Below are positions 1 through 6,352 of a DNA stretch of 32,000 nucleotides, piece after piece. Below the pieces are notes generated by a model, which had not been told where the DNA came from, did not search any database, and saw only the letters and a list, made by a program, of their open reading frames with translations. Each line of letters starts with the position of its first letter. The stretch's first letter is position 1. The stretch comes from Propionibacteriaceae bacterium (lineage in GTDB: Bacteria; Actinomycetota; Actinomycetes; Propionibacteriales; Propionibacteriaceae). The translations under genes were made by a program, and so were the position numbers. The stretch lies in contig JAIRQE010000021.1 of the NCBI GenBank assembly GCA_031256725.1, positions 60,001 to 92,000 on the forward strand. The letters are read 5' to 3'.

Positions 1-68
1 ATTTCACTAAGGAGGGATGTCCTCGGTGTCATCCTGCGCGAAGTTGCAGAATCCAGGATGGGTTTCAT
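1..68 (-). CDS. possible 5' end of a gene running off the left edge (MKPILDSATSRR...)
   Basis: Minus-strand ATG at 68..66, preceded by GGAGAG with a 6-nt spacer. Only about 22 codons are visible, so no family can be assigned. Confidence 0.2.
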   Translation of the reverse strand, partial: MKPILDSATSRRMTPRTSLLSE

Positions 69-360
69 GTTTTACTCTCCATTCGGGGCTCGATTATTGC
101 TCGCGGCCTATGTTTGCACCTGGGTTGGGCCCTGAATTTGGCACCTAAACACTGCCGCCAGTCTTTATCTCTAGGAGTACCCGAAGCATTGGTGGATTAT
201 CGACGATTGACTGCAGTACTACTGGAGGAAGGGTTGTTCTCATTGTGGACATCACTCTCATATATAATGTCATGAAATTATGAGAAAACTCGCGTTAGTG
301 ATAATCGAACTCGTGTTGACTGGATGCGTATCTCAAAGAGCTCGGAGATGGATCACAGAG

Positions 361-1026
361 TCAGTCTTCCGCTGCGATGCAGTAGTCGTAGAAAGGCATC
401 AAAAACGTGTATCCAGCCACGAGGTGATCAGCAAGCTCAGGTTTGAATAACTCTTCGCTGATGTCTCCGTAATGAATCAGTGAGAAGGACTTCATGTTGT
501 ACCATTCCTGAGTCTTGGGTGTGGGGGCCTGCTTTTGTCGGGCGTACGGTGGACCTTCAAGGATGAACTCATCTTGGCTGGCGAGAAGGTCTATCAGCGA
601 TTCGAGTGCTGCTGGATTCTCATCTATTTGTGTGCGCAGTTTCGCCATTGTTGCCGCCTTGGCAGCGTAGTACCCAAGACCATAGCTCCAACCCTCGGGG
701 TTGAGGTCGAACCAATATGTCAGGATGCCTGCGCTTTCCGTGCCCTCGGCGGAGGGTCTTTCCACTGAGAACCAAAGGCTGTCCCTGTACGGATGTCCGT
801 CGTGGACGCGCCTGGCGTCTTTATAGATGCGTGAGAGTTTGTGGATGAATCCGTAGTGCTCGTATTCGACGACCATTCGGGTGAAAACCTCGTGTCCCAG
901 CTCTTTCATGGGAGTTTGAAAGTCCTGCTTGAAAATATCCTTGTGGGCTTCAAACCATGCCTTGTTGTTATTCATGCGGATATTCCACATGAAGTCGATG
1001 GTCCTTTGGGTAAAACCTGTGAACAT
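361..1026 (-). CDS. DUF2461 (TIGR02453-like) family protein
   Basis: The N-terminus MFTGFTQRTIDFMWNIRMNNNKAWFEAHKDIF matches the family pattern (F-GF...FL..L..NN...WF..HK). An AAGG Shine-Dalgarno lies about 9 nt upstream of the ATG at 1026. The longest ORF would start at 1062. Confidence 0.8.
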   Translation of the reverse strand: MFTGFTQRTIDFMWNIRMNNNKAWFEAHKDIFKQDFQTPMKELGHEVFTRMVVEYEHYGFIHKLSRIYKDARRVHDGHPYRDSLWFSVERPSAEGTESAGILTYWFDLNPEGWSYGLGYYAAKAATMAKLRTQIDENPAALESLIDLLASQDEFILEGPPYARQKQAPTPKTQEWYNMKSFSLIHYGDISEELFKPELADHLVAGYTFLMPFYDYCIAAED

Positions 1027-1117
1027 ATCTGTTACCTTACTTCCTCGTTGGTGCTGTGACAATGATCTAGGTCATGATTTGATCTCGGTCATGATTTCCT
1101 CGTCCTGGTTCAGGCAG

Positions 1118-1141
1118 TGTCGGGGGACGTATCTCCTGACA
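1118..1141 (+). promoter_or_regulatory. 24-nt hairpin element TGTCGGGGGA-CGTA-TCTCCTGACA (copy 1)
   Basis: 10-bp stem including two G-U pairs that form only in plus-strand RNA, with a 4-nt loop. 23/25 nt are identical to a second copy at 11522-11546. It lies in the divergent region between the DUF2461 and PFOR genes. Confidence 0.5.
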
Positions 1142-1387
1142 TACGTATCGTCCGACTCTCTAAGCCGTGAGTTTCAATACTGCCGTCCTCTGACACTGGC
1201 ACTTTTAGACACTCCCTGACACGGGTTTCCCCATGAATGGGGGGGTACCTCACTCTCATGGGGGATTTCGTACCCAAAAACCACCCCAAAATCTGGCCCG
1301 AAAAGGGAAGAACTGCGCGGAGGTGGTAACATCACATAGCGTCACCAACTGCACAAATTCAACCTGCCGATAAGGGAAGGTGTTGCG

Positions 1388-4300
1388 ATGAACGAGAGCC
1401 CCAGGTACCCCGGGATCCCTAATGTCATTAATGGTAATGGAGCCGTGGCTTATGTCATGGGACACGTATGTGGGGGGGTGATTGGATACCCTATTACTCC
1501 GTCGACGGAAATCTCGGAAATCTTTGAGGCTGCGCGCGCGGATGGGCAACTCAACGTATGGGGAAAGCACCCGTTCTTCGTTGAATCTGAGGGTGAACAC
1601 TCAGCCCAATCGGGAGCCCTCGGAGCAGCACTCACAGGTGGCAACTACATCTCGAATGCGAGTTCTGCCCAGGGGATCCTCTACGCCTTGGAGTCACACT
1701 ATGTGACTGCGGGGAAGAAGATTGGTGGGTTCGTACTCCACGTGGCTGCACGTGTGGTGACTCGCCACTCCTTGAACGTCATGGCGGGCCATGATGACAT
1801 CTATTCGCTTATCCCAACGGGGTATACGATCCTCTTCGGGTCCGATCCCCAGGAGGCGGCTGACCTCGCGGCCATCGCCTATAGGACGAGTTCCCTGTCA
1901 CTGATTCCGGTCGCCAATGCCATGGACGGGTTCGCAACCTCTCATGTCATGAGCGAGGTACTTCTCCCCGAGTCGGATCTTCTTCACATCTATCTTGGTG
2001 ATCCCGCTGGTCGTATCCCTTGCCCGACACTCGCCCAGGAGGTTCTCTTTGGTGCAAAGGGTCGCGTCGAGTACCTCCTCAAATGGGTGAAGGATCATCG
2101 CAGTTCCCTCTCGGCCGAAAACTTCACTGCCCTCCATCTCATTCTCACCCAGAATGTGGATGCTATCGAATCCGATAACGAGGGCCACCTTATCTCCAAG
2201 GTTGATGATTATATCCCTGAGGCTCTTCGTGGAGCATGGAAGAGGGCTTGGAAGGGTGCTTGGGCTAAGGGTACCCGTCAACGCGTTCCAGCGATCATCG
2301 ATCCCAATAATCCCGGTCTCGCAGGTGGGGTACAAAACCAACCCGATTTCCAGGCCGGTGCAGCCGACCACCGTACCCATTTCGCCGCCGCTGTACCCAT
2401 GCTTGTTCGCCAAGCCATGCAGGAGTACTCCGAACTCACTGGTCGCACATATTCCCCTGTTCACCGATATGGCCCCGAGGATGCTGATCTGGTCCTGGTT
2501 GGTATGGGTTCAATCACCGACGACGCGAGGGCGCTCCTGCCGTACCTTGAAACCCAAGGGTTGAGGGTCGCTGTAGTCTCAGTAAAACTCCTGCAGCCTT
2601 TCCCGACTGAAGAGTTGATCGCTGCCCTTGGTTCCGCACGACATGTCACGATTCTGGAGCGTTCCGAGGATCTGGTGTTGACTGGAGAAGTCAAAAAGGC
2701 ACTGTTTGAATCAGGGATGAGTGCCAGGGATCTTGGACTTACGACAGCCATCTTCGGTCTGGGCTCCCATGATGTACAACCGCGTGACCTGATCGCTGTC
2801 GTCAAGAAGATGACTGACAACAATCCACCGTCATTGGTCTATGTTGGTTCACAGTTCTTCGTTAAGAATCCTGCATCCGACAAGCTCATTGAACTCCAAA
2901 CCAAGATGCGTGCCGCCTATCCTGAGACCGAGGCTATGGCGCTGGAAACTGGCGAGAACCCCACTGGTTTGATGCCTGCCGAGGCTCTGAGGATTCGTTT
3001 CCACTCAGTGGGTGGCTATGGAACGGTTGCGACCGGCAAGCTGTTGACCGACATGCTGTCGTCGATGCTGAATATGCATTCCAAGTCGTCTCCGAAGTAC
3101 GGCTCTGAGAAGTCGGGCGCACCCACGAACTTCTATATCACCTTATCTCCTGAGCCTGTACTGTTCACGAATGCCATGCTTGAAGAGGTGGAGGTTGTGA
3201 TCTCGCCTGACCACAAGGTCTTTGAGCATGAGCGTCCCTTGAGGGGTCTGGTCCCTGGTGGAACGTTCATCCTCCAGTCGGATCGTAATCCACTCGAAGT
3301 CTGGGCTGGACTACCCGCCTATGCCCGCGAGGAGATCAAGACCAAGAAGATTCGTTTCCTCGTGATTGATGCATTCGCAGTGGCTAAGGTTCATGCTCCG
3401 ACCGCGAACCTTGAAACCCGGATGATGGGTGTCGCCTTTATCGGTGTGGTGATGGGTCATGTGGATCGTGTCTCACATGGTGCTGATCTTGAGCAGGTCA
3501 AGGTCTTGATCCGCAAGGAATTGGATAAAAAGTTCGGTTCCAAGGGTGGTGCCGTCGTTGAGGGCAATTTGTCAACGATCGTGGACGCTATTGCTGCAAC
3601 GACTGTTGTGAATTATGAGGCTCCTGAGTTTGCAGCTGCTGAGGTTGAGGCTGCAGAGAAGACACCTGTACTCACAGGCAAGCTCATGCGTAGTCCTGGG
3701 TTCACTCCCACGGGTATGTTCGATCCAGAATACTTCGATGACCTGTTGGGTCGCCCCTTCCGTGAAGGATGGGCTGGTTCTTCACCCGTACTTCCAGGAA
3801 CCGGTTTGTTCATTCCCTCAGCGTCGGCGGCAACCAAGAATAAGGGGCTGTTCAGACGTGACGTACCAGTGGTCGACATCCAGAAATGTACCGCCTGTCT
3901 AGAATGTGCAATCGCTTGTCCTGATTCGGCAATCCCCAACCAGGCACATGAACTCGCTGATGTGATCGCCCGAGCCATTGGGGCCACCAAGCTCCAAGAC
4001 GACCACAAGGCGTACCTCCTCGGTTTCGCTGCCCCCTGGGCTGAAAGGGTACGAGCGGCACTCCTCGAAGACACGTCGATCAAGACGCTTAGTGAGGTCA
4101 TTCGCAAGACTTCGGATGCTGTACCTTCGATCCCGAGTACCCATATCAATGCCATCGTTGAGGAACTTGAGGCCTTCCCCGTTGGGCGTATCCGCCCCAT
4201 CTTCGACCAGATGGAGAAGAAGGAATCTGGTACAGGTGCACTGTACTCTGTGGTCATCGACCCGTGGAAGTGTACCGGTTGTCTGCAATGTGTGGATGTC

Positions 4301-6352
4301 TGCGGGCCCGGCGCTCTGAGTGCTGCCACCCAGGAGGACGCCATGGTTACTGCCATGGAATCCACCTTTGCTCGGTTTGCTCAGCTACCGAATACTCCTT
4401 CGCGGTTCACTGAGGGCGCGGCTGCCCCAGGTGGGGATGCCAAGCGCGTGCTCATGGATCACAATAACTATTACGCTCTGGCTGGCGGCCATGGTGCATG
4501 CAAGGGATGTGGAGAGGTCACAGCAACCCACCTTGTCACTGCACTCGCTGAGTCTGTGGGTCAGGAGAAGAGGCGCAAGCGCATCGCACAATTAGAAGCC
4601 CTTATCTATTCGCTGACCGCGAAGGTCAGTGTCGTTGACCCAGATCGTGCGAACAGGATCCAGCGGGTCATCTCCCTGCTGGAGGCAAGCCTATGGCGTT
4701 ACGAATCCGGCCCGACAGGTAAGGGTCCAGCCTCCACAGTGATCGTCAACTCGACTGGCTGCTCCTCGGTGTACGGGTCGACCTTCCCCTTTAACCCCTT
4801 CACTCAACCGTGGGTCAACTCCCTCTTCCAGGATGCTCAGGCAAGCGCGATGGGCGTTTTCGAGGGGCTCGTTTCTACTTATGTTGAAGAGGTACAAGCT
4901 TGCCGAATCGCCAAGATGGAACTGGAGGATTCCTTCATCCCAGGTGAGGCAGAATCCGGCCTCGCAACCCTGAATTGGCGTGAGTTCACTGACGAGGAAA
5001 TGTCACAACTACCGTTGGTGCTCACCATCTCTGGTGACGGTGCAGCCTACGATATCGGCTTCGGCGCGATGTCGAGGGTACTCGCGTCCCAGACTCCAGT
5101 GAAGATGCTCGTCTTGGATACAGGCGGCTATTCCAACACGGGTGGTCAGGCTTCAACCGCGACCTTCACGGGACAGAATGCTGACCTTGCTCGTCACGGC
5201 AAGGCCCACAAGGGCAAGACCGAGAAGCGTAAAGAATTGGCTCTGTTGGCGGCCCTCCATCCCGGAGTCTTCGTCGCCTCGGTTTCTGCGGCCTTCCATT
5301 CCCACTTCATGGCTGCCACTGCTCGTCTGTTGGCCTACCCCGATGGTTCGGGCGTACTCCAGGTCTACACCCCATGTGGGTTCGAGCAGGGCTTCGCCGA
5401 CGATCTGTCGAACGCCAGATCCCAAGAAGCGATACGCGCGCGCATGGCTCCCCTGTTCGTTCACGATCCCGATGGTGGTCCGTCAATCAGCGACCGGATC
5501 TCCCTCGACGGCAACCCTGAGATCGACAAGGCTTGGGCGACACGCAACCTGAAGTACGTCGATGAGACAGGTCAGACCAAGATCCACACCTCGCCGATGA
5601 CTCCAGCGGAGTTCGCCTATAGTGAGATTCGCTTCGCTAAGCACTTCACCCCCTTAGCTGATACGGTCGAGAATCCGACCCCCATTGCTGAGTTCGTTGA
5701 ACTCAGCATCGAGGATCGCCAGGGTCGTACCCCCTTCATCACGGTCGCTGAGAATGGTGCTCTGAAGAGGATCGAAGTCTCGGCAGCAATCGTCGAACTT
5801 GTTGAGGATCGACAAAGGTATTGGCAGTTGCTCAGGTACCTCGCTGGTCGCGATTCCCAGATCCAGGCCAAGGATGCCGAAGCAGCACTCAAGGCTATCC
5901 GCGAGGAACTCGATACGGCCATCGCCTCACGCGAGGAAGGCATTGATGCGATTGCCCATGCACTGGCATCCCTGGCCACCGCCAGTGATCCGAAAACCGT
6001 AGCCATCCCAAGCTTCGGTTCCACCCCAACTCCAGTGGCTACACCTGTACCGCAGGCAAGTACCCCCGCAGCGACGGTTCCCCAGGCTCCCGTAGCCTCA
6101 GGTTTGGGAGCGAAACCTGCGGGTGCGCCAATCTGGTTGGCTGAGCAGGATGTACCAAAATGTACGGACTGTGCGACCTGCTACCAGGAGCTACCCTCGA
6201 TCTTCGAGCAGACCACCATTGTGGTCAATGGCGAAGCCAAGGATGTCTCCCAAATGAAGCAGGGTTGTCTGGACGGGTTGGAGGTAACACCAGAATTGGT
6301 GAGCCTTATGGATCGAGTTAAGGGTACCTGCGACGCGGAGATCATCCAGTGA
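1388..6352 (+). CDS. pyruvate/2-oxoacid:ferredoxin oxidoreductase family protein, atypically long (1654 aa), with a C-terminal ferredoxin-like domain
   Basis: - Domain I: GYPITPSTEISE.
- Gamma domain: FHSVGGYGTVATGKLL.
- Two CxxCxxCxxxCP ferredoxin motifs: CTACLECAIACP and CTGCLQCVDVCGP.
- Proximal cluster: CKGCGE.
- TPP motif: SGDGAAYDIGFG...LVLDTGGYSNTGGQAS.
- Pro/Thr/Ala-rich linker followed by KCTDCATCY...GTCDAEII.
- AAGGGAAGG Shine-Dalgarno upstream of the ATG. Confidence 0.9.
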   Translation: MNESPRYPGIPNVINGNGAVAYVMGHVCGGVIGYPITPSTEISEIFEAARADGQLNVWGKHPFFVESEGEHSAQSGALGAALTGGNYISNASSAQGILYALESHYVTAGKKIGGFVLHVAARVVTRHSLNVMAGHDDIYSLIPTGYTILFGSDPQEAADLAAIAYRTSSLSLIPVANAMDGFATSHVMSEVLLPESDLLHIYLGDPAGRIPCPTLAQEVLFGAKGRVEYLLKWVKDHRSSLSAENFTALHLILTQNVDAIESDNEGHLISKVDDYIPEALRGAWKRAWKGAWAKGTRQRVPAIIDPNNPGLAGGVQNQPDFQAGAADHRTHFAAAVPMLVRQAMQEYSELTGRTYSPVHRYGPEDADLVLVGMGSITDDARALLPYLETQGLRVAVVSVKLLQPFPTEELIAALGSARHVTILERSEDLVLTGEVKKALFESGMSARDLGLTTAIFGLGSHDVQPRDLIAVVKKMTDNNPPSLVYVGSQFFVKNPASDKLIELQTKMRAAYPETEAMALETGENPTGLMPAEALRIRFHSVGGYGTVATGKLLTDMLSSMLNMHSKSSPKYGSEKSGAPTNFYITLSPEPVLFTNAMLEEVEVVISPDHKVFEHERPLRGLVPGGTFILQSDRNPLEVWAGLPAYAREEIKTKKIRFLVIDAFAVAKVHAPTANLETRMMGVAFIGVVMGHVDRVSHGADLEQVKVLIRKELDKKFGSKGGAVVEGNLSTIVDAIAATTVVNYEAPEFAAAEVEAAEKTPVLTGKLMRSPGFTPTGMFDPEYFDDLLGRPFREGWAGSSPVLPGTGLFIPSASAATKNKGLFRRDVPVVDIQKCTACLECAIACPDSAIPNQAHELADVIARAIGATKLQDDHKAYLLGFAAPWAERVRAALLEDTSIKTLSEVIRKTSDAVPSIPSTHINAIVEELEAFPVGRIRPIFDQMEKKESGTGALYSVVIDPWKCTGCLQCVDVCGPGALSAATQEDAMVTAMESTFARFAQLPNTPSRFTEGAAAPGGDAKRVLMDHNNYYALAGGHGACKGCGEVTATHLVTALAESVGQEKRRKRIAQLEALIYSLTAKVSVVDPDRANRIQRVISLLEASLWRYESGPTGKGPASTVIVNSTGCSSVYGSTFPFNPFTQPWVNSLFQDAQASAMGVFEGLVSTYVEEVQACRIAKMELEDSFIPGEAESGLATLNWREFTDEEMSQLPLVLTISGDGAAYDIGFGAMSRVLASQTPVKMLVLDTGGYSNTGGQASTATFTGQNADLARHGKAHKGKTEKRKELALLAALHPGVFVASVSAAFHSHFMAATARLLAYPDGSGVLQVYTPCGFEQGFADDLSNARSQEAIRARMAPLFVHDPDGGPSISDRISLDGNPEIDKAWATRNLKYVDETGQTKIHTSPMTPAEFAYSEIRFAKHFTPLADTVENPTPIAEFVELSIEDRQGRTPFITVAENGALKRIEVSAAIVELVEDRQRYWQLLRYLAGRDSQIQAKDAEAALKAIREELDTAIASREEGIDAIAHALASLATASDPKTVAIPSFGSTPTPVATPVPQASTPAATVPQAPVASGLGAKPAGAPIWLAEQDVPKCTDCATCYQELPSIFEQTTIVVNGEAKDVSQMKQGCLDGLEVTPELVSLMDRVKGTCDAEIIQ

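Noticed and set aside
29-60. Similarity between GTCATCCTGCGCG...TCCAGG at 29-60 and 31405-31437 (the two window ends). It could suggest island att sites or a dispersed repeat, and the right copy forms the hairpin ATCCTGCG-N7-CGCAGGAT inside the aminotransferase gene.
   Set aside because: Only a 13-nt exact core is shared. By my estimate several 13-mer repeats are expected by chance in 32 kb. The intervening 31 kb is mostly core genes, so an island interpretation is not supported.
100-160. TGGCAC strings (TTTGCACCTGG / TTTGGCACCTAAAC) resembling a sigma-54 -24 box.
   Set aside because: No properly spaced TTGC -12 element follows, and actinobacteria are not known to use sigma-54.
1898-6024. 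Multiple long antisense or off-frame ORFs inside the PFOR gene, for example 1898..2464(-), 2461..2823(-), 3613..4365(-) 250 aa, 3899..4288(-) and 5617..6024(-).
   Set aside because: They lie wholly inside a gene with unambiguous PFOR motifs. Their translations are low-complexity (Ser/Arg/Pro-rich) shadows typical of G+C-rich coding DNA, and they have no Shine-Dalgarno or family signal.
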